Made by a program: the position numbers and the translations under genes. A stretch of DNA of 64,000 nucleotides, from assembly GCA_012295275.1 (NCBI GenBank), contig CM022668.1, positions 1,488,001 to 1,552,000 of the forward strand, in the 5' to 3' direction. Below are positions 25,201-39,673 of this stretch, piece after piece; the stretch's first letter is position 1; the number at the start of each line of letters is the position of its first letter. Below the pieces are notes generated by a model, which was not told the origin of the DNA, searched no databases, and saw only the letters and a program-made list of their open reading frames with translations. Source of the DNA: Chrysomallon squamiferum (lineage: Eukaryota > Animalia > Mollusca).

Positions 25201-28200
25201 AGAAAATCATTTATTTTCACAGAATTTCAAATGATTATAAATGATTTGTAAAAATTGAAAAAAAAAAATTAAACAATTCTTATATAAAGTAATATTTGTA
25301 ATATTTGTTTGTTTTTCTTGTGTTTTTTTTTTTTTTTATTTTTCTAAGTTATATTCTATATATTTTAATGTGAAGTGAAAAAGATATAATGTCCTTGAAT
25401 CAGCTGTTCTTCATATTAAGACACTCTACTCTTTTTAAGAAGAAAAACGTTTTGGGATTTTATTTGTTATATAAAAATCAATTCAGTTTATAGGAAGAGG
25501 GGAAAAAAATTAAAAATTTTAATAAAATGTCTGTTATGTTTCACTTGTTTGTAGAACAAAATGTCCAATGGATATCCTGTATCAATATTTTCTATTACTG
25601 CTTAAAGTTCATTAAATATTTTCCTGAAACAAATATGTCATGTTCGTGAATAAGAACACCCCTATTTCGTAAAGATGGAATGAACCCTCTGATGTGATCG
25701 GTCAGTCTATTTTGTTTTTCAGGATTGATAATAAATGAAAAGACACACAGTGTTTAATCAAATGAATTCCAAAATTTGTTCATCAAACATCATCTTTGCC
25801 AAAATCTGATCATGGCAGACAGAATGAACACAGGGAAAGTGTATTCTCAAATAATCAGTTTTCACAGCGTTCCTCTTCTCATTCAGAAAAATATTAATAG
25901 TTATTTTAAAACATTTCTGTGCTGGACTTCTACAAGTTTTCAACTGAAAGCTGCTTTATAATACTGTTACAGTTTCTATTTCTTTTCTGTTTTAAAAAAA
26001 AGTTTAATATTTTGTTTTGTTTACAAATGTATTTTTCTCCTCCATCACACTGAATAATAAAAGTTTATGACATTTTTATTATCTCATAGTTTATTACCTT
26101 TTTATAAATATACAATAAAATACATTAATCTGTTTTAACCATTTGTAAATATTAATAAAATTCTGCATTTTTTGTGAAACTTCAAATATTTACTGTTTGT
26201 TTTAGTGACAGCAGCTGATCTGAAAATTGTAACTTTGAGGTATGCAAACACAATAAGATGAAATACAAAATGTCTGAACAACAGTTCCCTCTGCTGGTTT
26301 CAGATGTCTATCAAAGCAAGAGTACACTACCCTCTTTGTTCACTGACAAACACAGCACATTCCAGGCCACACATCAGTAGTTCTGTCTCTCTGCTGTAAC
26401 CCAACACACACACATAACAATTAACATCAGTTTTCTTTGTCTTTCTTCAGTATTTATCCATGTCACTTATCAGATGAAACAGTTAATTTGAAACATGTAA
26501 TTTGAAACATTATAATCTATAATTAAAAATCAGCTTTGATGTATACATATTGATCTCCTCTGTTTGGTGTGTGTGTGTGTAGGTGTGACTGTGTATTGTG
26601 TGTGTGGGTGTTTTTACATATGTACTATATCAGTTTTTATTTGTAATATAAAATTGCATAAATGTGTATCTAAAAACAAAAAAGATACCACAATACCTAC
26701 TACTGTAATTCTAAATTGATACGTATGAGATTAACTCATTTACAAATGGGCTTACAGACCACTTTTAATTTTTAAAGAAAATGCAAAGAAAAACTGAGTC
26801 ATTTTTGCAATATCAATAAAAATTCAATAATTCTTAACTGTTGGATGTGAGTTACTTTACAACTAATTAGATTTGTCATCATGACTCAGTTGTTAACCAC
26901 TATCAGTGCATCAAACTCAGTTTTGGCAAAAAAGGATCTAAGTCCTTTTGCATATGAACTTTTCAACAGTAAGAATTAAAAACTGTGCCAATTAAAAAAA
27001 ATTGTTTATTTTTGTTTTTCATATTGACCTATACTGAACATTACTTAAAAATCAGCTGACATTTTCAAATACAAATAGTCACATTATCTGTAATTCTCTA
27101 CTGTGTGTGTTGATAAACATAAAAACACTCAGTGTTGTTGCAACAGCTGTCAGCATTATCAAGATTTAAAAAGAGAAAGCAAATTCTGAACAATCTTTTT
27201 CAAATCATATAATAAACAATGTGAATAAAAGAAAAATGAGCTATTTCTTGCAATAGGCTATTCTTTTTCTGTCAGCAAAAAGTCCTGTTTTATATAGACT
27301 TTCCCATAGACTGGAAAACATGCATTGCCTAGGCATTGGCTGGAATGAGAATTAGTCCAGTGAGGAGATTTGAATTTGTGATCTGTCATTCATCACCCAC
27401 TCTACCAACTTTTATTTGACCACAAATGTTTTAGAAATAATAAAGTAATTCATATTTTATTTAATATTATTTCTAGACATTATTCTGTTTTAAAATATTT
27501 TTGAGTTACAGTTTAAAGGAAATCATTTTAATTATTCATTCTTCATTGTTTATTTATTTATTTATTAATACCACTACTATTCTATTACTAACACTGCTTC
27601 TACTACTACAACTATTATATGTTTTATTATTACCACTGAAGTTAAACTGATATGAACATAAGTTATTAAAACATGTTGACAACACTATCAAAGTTATAAT
27701 CTGTTACATGACTAATTTTACTGATTTTTACAATTTATATATTAAATAAAACAAAACAAAACAGAAAACTAAAATAGTAAACAGAAATCGGGTTTAATCA
27801 TTATTTTTGGCTGATGGAATGAAATTTAAAACTGATTGATTTGTGAGAAATGTCTGTGTGTGTTAAAACCTGGCTTACCTTGAGCTGGTCAATGTCCTGC
27901 TTGGTAGCTGAGGGCTGTTTTGTGGCTTCCATGTATTTCACCAGCATCTTGGAGCTTTCGTCCAGCCAGTCACACAGGCTCTGCCAGGCATCGTGGAACT
28001 GAAAACAGACTCTAACTCATCACTTTGTGCCAGGAAATACAGAAACATTCCACAGTAAGGTGGTGTATAATTCATAATAATAGTTTACATGTGTATGCAA
28101 CTGAAATGAATTCTAGTAAGTCACTAACAAATGATGGAAGCATCCAAGTGAAAAATAGTTTATAAAAAGCAGAGATACAAGCTGAGATATATTAATACAT

Positions 28201-31200
28201 TATTTTAAACATATTCGTTATAAAAGTACTTTACTATGTATTTTACTGACTATTAAATACCCACAATGCATCAATAAACTTACTCGCTTATCTTCTTTAT
28301 AAGCCTGTTGTAAGAGTCGTCCCCGTTCGTCTGTACGTCTGAGAAGTTTCTTCCACCGCAGTCGAATTCCCACCAAGAGATTCTTAATGTATATAGTGTC
28401 TTGTTTTCTTCCAAAGTACTTCAGATAGGTTCCAGTGCGATCCAGTGTCAACATGTTGTCTGACTGTGATTCTAAATCTGCTTTCAGAGCCTGAAACATT
28501 TGTTGTTTTTTAAACAAGTTTGGGTGCAAATAGAAAAGGAGGGAAACAAAAATTTAACTTCTAATTTTCTTGATTATGGGAACTGATTATCAAGACTATT
28601 TAAGACAATTATACATATAGATTTTTAAATACAGAACAAAAAAGTTAATTTTAACAGCAGTTTTATTTAAAAATGTAGCAAAAAAAAATATATATATATA
28701 TATAATATATCATTTCAGGACTTTTATCTAGTCAGTCACACATTATAGATAGACAGATTAAATACAATAAAAGTATTTTCAAACATCAAAGTAAAACTTA
28801 CATTGTGACTTTCAATCTGTTTGGTTACTGTGGGTACAAGCTTGCTGGGATATTTGAAGCCTCTCATTGAAATCTCAGCATTGTTCAGCCAATCAGTGAA
28901 AGCCTTCAGAGTATCATGGAACTGACTGACGTTTTGCAGATGTTCCTCCATCTTTTCCTATAAACAACATAAATAAAATAAAGTCTGTTAATTAAACCAG
29001 TCAATAAATTAATATAAAGCTTTATGGTGAAATTAAAATCAAGAATGAGTGATTTTATTTATACAAATTTTTATTTTAATTCTGTGTTTATGTAAATAGT
29101 TGCAAAAATGATGAATGTCAAGCTATTTTTATTTGTTTAATTTTTGTACTACTTTTATTTTTAAATAAGAAAACACTAAATAAATAAAATTTAGAATATT
29201 TAAAATTACCTTTCTCTTGGCAGCTCGGTTTCTCGTGTCCTGCCATCGATCTCTCAGTTTCTTCAGTTTGTCAGAAATCGTTGTCACGTCTTCTGGACGA
29301 CAGTTGTCAAGAATGTCTTGACCAGTGGTCAGAAGATTATGGACAGTCTTTTCTTTAGACTCAAGTTCTTTAGTTCTTTCCTGGAAATGAATTATTATAA
29401 TTATTTTCAATTTTATTTATATGAGCAGTGTCATATTTTTTATAATATATTAATGTGAACGAATAATCCAAAGAAGATGTAATATGTTGTGTGTATAAAC
29501 ATATTAGCTGAAATAATGAAAGAAATGTTACAGTAATGAATAATTCAGAATTCATATTCTTATTTATTTGTTTATTATAAAAGTTTACGGTAAAATTGAC
29601 TATAAATTACCTTGAATATAACATTAAAATTTTATTTATTTAAAAGTAAAATTAATTATAAATTAACCATAAATATAACACAAAACATGGTATTTATTTA
29701 AAAGTAAAAATAACAATAAACATGACACTAAATACTTAAAAGTAAAACTAACTTTAACACTAAATGTGGTATATTTATTTAAAAGAATACACACCATAAA
29801 TTTCTCATACTGTTTATCTGCTGTTTCTGGGAGGGCACCAAAAGGAGAGTTTGTTTTCAGCTCGACTCTGAATTCATTTATCCACTGCAGTGTGTCATCC
29901 AGGCCTCCCAGGTACTTCTTAGTCTGTCAATATTTAATATCAGTGTTTTTCAGTTCCAACCACGTCTCAGAGTTGTAAAAGTATGTATAGAAGATTCATA
30001 AGTGATAACTGCTTAAAAAGTGTAGTTCACAAAATAAATTTACTTTTTAATGTTTTTTTCTCAGTAAAAATATTTATATATGTAATAGATCATGTTATGG
30101 ATTAGTTTTTTAAGAATTTCATTTAAATTTTGTTTGCAGATTCAGTTCTGTTTACTGTATGCGTGAATTCTGTTACTGTGTGTGAGTGTGCACACGTGTA
30201 CTGCTAAATACAAGTCTGTCTCACCTGACGCAGTGTTTCCTGCAGTTTGTGTTCTTTGTCTCTGGAATTGGCCTGAGCTGACCTCAGCTCCAGGTTCATA
30301 GACTGACATTTCTTAGTGAGGGCGGAGTCTTCGTTCCCTACCCTAGCAACTATCTCGTCAACAGCTTTGTTCAGTTTCTGACAAGTTTTGTCCTGGTTTC
30401 TGATATCAGCCTGGATCAACTGTCAAGTAAATATTTAAATTCATTTCTGAATCTTTCTTACTGTTAATACATCTAACTGTCAGATTTTCAACACATAAAA
30501 GATGAATTTTCAGAAGTGCAGGCAGTCATGATTTCAGCTAGGATCAGCTTTGATATTTTAATAAAAATGTATTGAACAGACAAAACTCTCTTTATATTTC
30601 TATTTGAACATAGAGTATAACAAATAATTACTTAAATTTTCAGAAGCCTAAGAAGTTTATTCTAGTTTCTGTTTCATAATTTAAACTTTTGCAGCACATA
30701 ATAAATACATATTAAAGTTTTACATAGATTCATATTTATAACAAAGTTAACTGTTTATTATTATTTCTATTTGTTTTGTTTCATTTATTTCTACAAACTT
30801 ACCTGCAGTTTCCTCATATAAGTCTCCAAAAATTTTGGATCACCTCTGACCTTATCCATGGGTTCAAGGTCATTGTTGGCCTGCTGCAATGCTGAGATGA
30901 CATCATCCATTGCGTGATTGACCTCTCCAACTTTGACCTGCATGTCATTCAGTTTTGACTGAAAGGTAACACAAATAAATTAAATAAATTACTAATAATG
31001 AGCCAGAAATTTAAAAATCTAAAAATTCAAATATTTATTCAACAGTGTAAACTGATATTCCAAAGTAAAAAACAAAACAATAGGTAAAATATTTTAATAA
31101 TTTGAATAAATACATACATTTAAATAAATCTCTAGAAAATTAAACTATTTCTGCCACATGTTTCTCTGTTTTAATTGTTTATTTGTGGTTAAAGGACACA

Positions 31201-33880
31201 CCTCTCTCTCTGCGATTCCTCGGATGAGTTCGTTCCACTTCTCGTTGGCTTCCTGTACAGGTTTTAGTAGAGTCTCAGCTGCCACAGGGGACAAGTCTTT
31301 TAGTGCTGCCACCTGCTGGTTCAGCTGCTGCATGTCCACTATGTGTGGATGGACCTGCGACTTAAACAACTGAAAATAAACATTTTTAAAATTAAATTAA
31401 ATAGAAAATTAAATATTAGAAATATACAGAAACCAGATGAAAATTTGTACAAATGTATATTTTGGATATGGAAGAAGTAATTTCACTATTTTTTGTTCAT
31501 TTATAACAATATAAATTAATACTGTGATATGGGAAAATAATGTTTTATATTTAAATGATTTAATTAAACTGTTGAGCTGTTTTCAGTTCAAAAGTGCTGC
31601 CAAACTGGATTATCAAAAACCTGTTTAGTTTGCATTTGAATTTATGGGTAGGTGTTTTATAATGGATCTGTTAGCTAATAGTAAGAATGACCCAAAGAAG
31701 GCAGCATCAAATTATATTCCTGTTATCGTCATTTAATATCGCCACATACTAACAACATAATACTAAAATAGTTACACACAATAAACAAGAAAGGGTTTAA
31801 CAGATTATAGTATTAATGACCTTCACTTCTTCTATCTGATCTCTCAGGGTGTCAGGGTCAGAGGTCGGGGCTCTCATACTGGCCAGCTTGTGTTCAGACA
31901 GCGGTAACCATGACATTATAGACTGGAGAAAAATATCAACAAACAGTATGATATAACAAAAACACCAATAAACATAACATTAGAGACCACAGAAAAATAA
32001 TTTATTTTTTAGTAACTATGGACACAATGTCATTATAGACCAAATAATAATTATTTCTTAATTTATAATTAAAACTTATTTTACTGTTAAAATATTTTGT
32101 AATATTTTGCAGATAACAATTCACTACTAAAACTTAACGTAAGTGAAAAATAATATTAAAACCAAAGCTAAGAATGATATTAGCTGGATTAACAACTGAA
32201 ATAAAATAAAATTCTTAGATGTCAATTGTTAGTGAAAATATAAAAGATGTATTCCAATTACAAAATAACTAAATAAAATACTCTGCTGTCAAAACAAATA
32301 TTGACTAATATTTCAAAAACAAAAAACAAAAGTAAGTTCTAATAAGAAAATACCTCCAGAAGATGCTGAAACTTGTCAGCATGTTGATACGCATTTCTCA
32401 GTTCCTCACCACGATCTTTGGCCATGTCGTTGACATCGTCAGCCATGTTGACGAGATCTTCAATCTGTTTCTGTACCTCCACTCTCCCAGGATCTCCACA
32501 AATACAACACAGGTCATCAGCCATCTTAGAACACTCTCCCATCAACTCCTTTGCCTTTTCCAGTTCCTTTTTAATACCCTGAAAAAAGAAATTTATATTT
32601 ATTATTTATTTTTATTTTTTTTAAAGTCTTTTAAGTTTACAAAGTGAATAAAATAAATAGTGTCTGTGTAAGAAATTGCATCTTCAAAGTAACTTAAAAT
32701 TAGTATAATGTAATTCTTAAAAATAATAAATTAAGTTTTGAAAGTTTTTTTGGTTTTTTTGTTCTTTTTTAATTCCAGGTAATACTATATCAAATTATGT
32801 TATTTTTTATAACACAATAATTTTAACAGTTATTTTAAATTACTTAAAGATAATGGTTATTTATTTATTGTATAGTTTTAATTATAATAAGTATATACCA
32901 GAAATCATTTTATCACCATTTCAGAAACCAGTAGTCTTTCAAGAAAACAGTATCACAAACTGACCAATGAAATCAACTGTTACAATCTTACACTGAGTTC
33001 ATTTTGTTGCTCTTTGATGGTTGGTCCATCAATGCCTGGAGGTTCCTGTGAGTACAGACTGTCTTTGAGATCTCGCAAACCTGACATGACATCAGCACAG
33101 AGGTCATAAAACTTTTCTGAAACCTTCAACGCTTTGTCCAGTGACCTTCCCCGATCCTCTGCACACCCTCTCACAGAGTGTCCTAGTTCCTTCAGCTCCA
33201 ACACCTTACTCCGAATATCTTCAGCTGAAATTATAATGTCAAAGTATATTTAGAAAGATGAAATAAATGTAAAAAGTGTATAACAGTGAATACATTATGT
33301 TTCTTTTTTGTTTACTTGTTTTAATTAATAACCTTTTCTTTGCAGCTAAAAAAACAACAAATATTTTAAAAAGAAGTGAAAATGTCATTTTCATTTGCTA
33401 ACTAAAGGATTTTTGTTCATATATTTATCTAAAGAAATAAATTCTCAAGATCATTTTTTCCAATTATTTATATTTTTAACAATATTTTAAACCTTATAAT
33501 TCAGTGTATTTTCAGTCAAAAAATACATATGTATTTCTGTTAGATATTAGTCATCTGAAATAGATCAATTTTAATTTAATAAAGTAAATATCAATGCAGA
33601 GAGATGATATGAGTACTAGACTGATACTAGCAGCTGTCTACTATATTGAATATGTGTCCAGTGTTTGTTGAATTTTATTACAGTTACCTTCAGCAGGATC
33701 ATCAACACCATGAGCGGCCACATTTTTAGCAATTTCCTCAGCTTTGACAACATGTGGCTTCATTCTGTCTAGATCTTCAAGTACAGCCTAAAACATCACA
33801 CAGGTTTACATTATCAAAACTGTCCATGTAAGCAAAGATATAAGTAAACATATTTATAGCATTTTTTATTTTTTGTTTGT

Positions 33881-33923
<43 letters not shown>

Positions 33924-36900
33924 TTGATCACCTAGATGTTAAATGGAAAACAAAATACTGATTTAAGAGAAGCTGTTCAACCTAGACGTACAAATATTTT
34001 AAAAGAAAGAAAATTACAGTCTACTGTAACTGTGTTTACTAAAACATTCTAAATACGGAAGTAATCCAGTGTGTATGTGTGTGTGTGGGTGTGTGTCTGT
34101 GTACGTATGTACCTGATTTTCATCAATTTCATTCTTTAGTTTTTCTGGAGTAGCAGGAATGGGGTCAGCATTTGTCACAGTTTGATTCAAACCTACAACC
34201 TCTTCAAGTAGGTTGTCCATGGAGTCAGACACCTGTAGATAAAATCAAATTACTTTATAGTCTTTGTTATATAACAGACATGTGTATTACAGAATATTCA
34301 GATAAGTAACCAAATTAATCATGAATAAAACGTATGTTTTTATGATTTGACAGACAGATACATTTTCTGTTTAATTTATAGATTTCTTATTTACCTCTTG
34401 TGTAAGTTTTTTCTTGCTGTCGGTGAGTTCGCGAGCTTTCTGTCTGGCCTGACTTTTCAGAGACTCGTAGCGCTTGTTTGTGGCGAGCAGTTTGCTCTGA
34501 ATCTCCGCGGCGTCCCCATCCCCACACAGGTCCATCAGCTCCAGCCCCGTCGAGTTGAGGTCATCAATGAAAGGTTTGTGATCCTCTATGATCAGCTGCG
34601 TACCCTGGTAACACACAGCAACACAGTTTTACAGTTGCAAACATAACAAAACACCATTCATCACAGAGGAAATGAAGCTCATATATGTGCTTTTTACAGC
34701 TGATGTATATTTTAAATTAAAACAAAATAATGTTTATTATTGTAAAAATATTTTGCTTCATTTTCATTTAGAACATACAGGAATTATTTGACATTAAAAT
34801 GTTTTGTTAGAACCATGTTAGAATGAATATATGAATATAGAAGATAATATTGATTTTAAATGTATTTATATTACTTTGAAAATATTCTTTCTTTAAATAC
34901 TTACAAACAAACATACATACGTACATGCACACATAAACACCACTAAGACACATCTCTATTCACACAAATCTAATTAGATTAGAATTTTTCATACTGTGAC
35001 AAAACAATGCAGCAGTAACAATAATGAAAACAATAATTTGTTTGTACAAACTATTATTATCTGTTAACCTTCAAATTGTCGTGTTGTTTTCTGACTTGTT
35101 CCAAACTTTCTCCGGCCTTGCCCTGAGCCTTAAGCTCCGCCTCCATCTCATCTAGCCAAGCCTGCACTTCTGATTGGTTCTCGCTGTAGTGAGAAGCCAA
35201 TGGGAATGCAGCTTCCAGCTGTTGTAGCCGTTCTGCACTGAGCTGACAGACGATGTCTGCCTGTGCGCGGATGCTGTCCAGCCTGCTCTTGATCTCGTCT
35301 GTCTGGTCGTTGGTGGTTTCTTGTAACATTTTGTTACATTTGTTGATGATGTCCTTCACTGCATTTCGTTTCAGCATCAAGTCCTCGTTAAAAGACTGTT
35401 GAGGAAGAATGAAAATAAATGAGTTTAAAGTGACAGAGTAATCTTTGTGAGTATTTTATAAAACATTCACTAAGATTGGTGCATTTGGCAAAAGTCAGTT
35501 ATAAAACTTACAGAGTGAGGTGAGTGTTTTGTACATCTTTAAGCTGTACTGTGAGTATTTTGTAAAACTTACACTGTGATCTTTAAGCTGTACTGTGAGT
35601 ATTTTGTAAAACTTACGCTGTGATCTTTGAGCTGTACTGTGAGTATTTTGTAAAACTTATGCTGTGATCTTTAAGCTGTACTGTGAGTATTTTGTAAAAC
35701 TTACGCCTGTGGTCTTTGAGCTGTACTGTGAGTATTTTGTAAAACTTACACTGTGATCTTTAAGCTGTACTGTGAGAGTTTCTGGATCAACACTGATAGG
35801 TTCTGCTGTGTTGATCTCATTCTCGGCTTTGTCCAGATACTTCAACATCCCATCTATCTCAGACAGAGCCTGTAAAAAGATGTAAGAATTTTAAAAGAAA
35901 AACAGAAAGTAAGTCCTTTCAAAGGCTAGGAAACTGATAAAAGCAGATAACTAACTTCTAAACAACATGCTGTTTTATTTAATCTGTTATGAAATTTTTC
36001 AGGCTCTATGATCCCAGAGGGGCACCAAAAGTGACTTTAGTCCACACAGCTTCAACATTTTAAAACTTTATAAAACCTGTCATGGATCACTCCATGGCCC
36101 CCATAACTGTTCAAGATTCAAGACTCATATACATTCACTTTTTTGTTTTCTTTTTAAGCAAATGTAAAATTAAATTAAATTAAAATGAATTAGAAAACTA
36201 GTTAACAATAATAATAGTAATGACAACAACACCAACAACAACAACAACTGTAAAACAAGAAGTCACAGCAACAACAGCATCATTAATAATAATACAAAAA
36301 TAAACAATAAAATTTAAAAATAAAAATGTAGTGTTGTACCAGATGAAATAAAAAGAAAATCTTATTCAATTCACAACAAACCTGACTTGGTCTGCGATGC
36401 ACTGATCGTAAAATCCAGTTTCCAGAATAATTAACAAAACCATTGGCTGAACGGTGTTGAAAGAAAGCATTGATTAACTGTGCTTCAAAAGAACTCATTT
36501 TATACAAACACTGTAATCACAACATACTAAATATCCTCCATTACTTGTCTCCACCCTAAACCACCAGGCTTATCAGACTGTTTATCATTTCTTGTTGATG
36601 TTAAATGACAAGTGTATTTTTGAATAGTTTTACATCCAGTACTGAAGAACATATGTTAAAATGAAAAACTGAAGAATCCTTGTTATTAAATCACACTTTC
36701 TGAATGACACCAAGTTTAATCAAGTGACTGTGAAAATTAACTGACCATATTTAGTGTAGACAGACAAAATGTCCCTCTAACCAAGTAAACAACTTTGTCA
36801 CATATTAGCTAATCAATTAATTAATACACACTGCAGCAGCTGTGCAGCCTGTTTTGATAGTTTTACACCATGTAATAACATATAATAAATTACACCATGT

Positions 36901-39602
36901 AGTAAAAAATTGCATATTACACTATGTACTAAAAATAATATATTACACATGAATTGATAAAGTATATATATTACATCATATACTATAAAATAATATATTA
37001 CACCATATAGTAATAAAGTATATATTTTACACCATGTAATAACCAATGTTTATAATTAAACCATGCAATACACAGTAATATTAAAATCTTTTAAATCACA
37101 ATCCTCCATACAAAATGTATTTAAATGATTTCAGCATAATGAATGGCCTCACAGAAATCTCCCTGAATGTGTTTTATATATATATATATATTTTTTTAAA
37201 TTGTTATTGAAAACAGTTAGTCACTATTTTCAAACTATTATCTAACTTTCATTCTAATAGTAAATCCAGAGAGAAATTAAAAAATAACACAGGTGTATGA
37301 TATCCAGTGGGAAAAACAGCAACCAAGAGCTATGTAATCTCATTTTCAGCTACAGACACAATCTGCATTAGGAAAGAAAGGAGTGTCATGATTATAAATG
37401 TATCAGACTCAGGTGTTGTATATTAATTCTTTTTAACCTGGTCCACCATGTGTGCTATTGATTTGAAACATTTTCATTAGAATGGATTCTGGTTACAATC
37501 AGTAACAGAGCACACTTGCAACAATGATCTCATTTTACACAGTGTTGCTTTACTGGCAAGTCCAGTATTGACAAACAACAGAGCTGTGTGCTCTCACAAA
37601 ACTAACTGTGCAGAGAAGAACATCATACAAGAGAATTAAGTGTCAACAATCTGTTGATTCAGTTTTCTCACCTGTTGATACAGGAACTCTGTGGTTTGGC
37701 TGGTAACAAGTAAACAATAAATGCAGCTACACAAAACGATTCTTAAGATGAATAAAATTGTCTGCACATTTTGTATATTTAAATCCTAGTGGATATCAGA
37801 CAATACCTCTGAATATTTGTCTTCTTTTTTAAAAAGAGTGGTAGAAATAAAAAGTAAAAGAAATAAAAAGAAACAAAACAATGTAGATCCTTCTGTTTAC
37901 TCACCTCAAGTGAAACTTGTTGCACTAAAAATTCTGTCAGGTCATTCCACTTGGTCTCAGTGTCAGCCAGACATTCCTTGACTGCATACAGGTCAGAGAC
38001 TCGGTCATCTTCCATCAGACTCTTGCAGGCCTGTCTGAGCCCTTCAATGTAATCCTCTCGCTCCCGCTTTCCTTCATACAGGGCATTCACCTTTGCTTTC
38101 ATTGCTTTTTGGTTCATGCTCTTTGGTTTCACTTTCAATGACTGTATAGCCTCTGTAAGCCAGACATCCAGATCAGAAACCTTTTCTTCAAAGTCACTGA
38201 TTTTAGCAGACACATCCTCCAAGTCAGCTGTCCTTGCAGTGGCCTTAGTTTCCACCTCATCCAGTCTGTCCTGAAGATCAGCCAAAGCTGCATCCCCTTC
38301 AGTATCTTGTTTTAGTCTGTCCAGTAGTGATCTGTTACTGCTGATGTCAGCATTCATAATTCTCTGCTCCTGAATCTGCTGTGCTAGTTTGTCTTTATTC
38401 AAACTGATGGGTTCTGGATGAGCTAACCTATCTTCAGCATCATCTATCATAGCCACAACACCATCAACTCTGTTCATAACATTCTGTTGCTGGGCAACAG
38501 CTGCTTCCAGTTTCTCTTCCTTATCTTTGACAGCTTTGAGAAATGCTCTGTGTTTGTCGTGATGATCATCTATGACACTCTTTACCTCATCAGCCTCATA
38601 CTGGAGTCCAGCTTCCTGTAATCCTGCAGTTAATCTGTCACCTGCTGCTGATAAATCCTTTAATTTTCGCTCCTGACCAATGAGATCTGCTTTAACAGAC
38701 TTGAGAGTGTTCAAGTCTTGAGAGTCCTTCTCTGGACTGTGGCCCATGTTTTCACTGTTTATTTTAGCTAGTTGTTCCTGCAGTGCAGGGTATGAAGATT
38801 TCAGTCTCTCATTCAGATCATTGAAAGTTTTCTTGTTTTTCGTCAGTGTGGCAAGTCTTTCCATGTGTTTAGCACACTCTTGTGTTATGTCTTTGTACTT
38901 GGCTTCGATAGATTCAATTTCATCATCAAGGATACCAGTTTCTGACTCCTCCTTAATGGTTGGAAGAACCTGAACCCGTTTTCTGTATCCATCTACTTCC
39001 CTTTCAAAATCCTGCAAAACAAAACTCTCAGTATGTAAACTGGATTTAGAAAATATTTAAAATATGTAACTGTCAGATTAGACTGTCAAATATACACAAC
39101 TCCCACATCAAACATACACACATATATACACATACTAACACATAAACACACTAACATACATTCAGATACCCCCCCCATTCACATAAGCTCACAAACACAC
39201 ACACACACCTACCTGTGAGTTATCTCTGAAATTGTCAGAAAGTTTCACTATTTTTGCAATGTCATCTTCTTTGGCTTTAACTTCTTCAATAAAATCCTGA
39301 ATAAAATAAATTAAAAACAGAATCTTCAGTTAAATGTTCTTTTTGTTTTTGTAAATTTTGTATGAAATATACACACATATGTATCAGGGAAGGGAGATAA
39401 TATCCTGTAGTAAAATGAAATGACTCAGGTTATGAAGAATTTTTAGTTGGGCTAAAACAATATCTATTAACATATTCATTAAAATGTGTTATAGTACAGT
39501 TTTTAATAATGAAATTGAATATTCTATATTTAATTTTTTTTTGAAATTCATACCAATGTGGAATATAACAAACAAAGTTTTATTACTATTTATAATTAAC
39601 TG

Positions 39603-39673
<71 letters not shown>

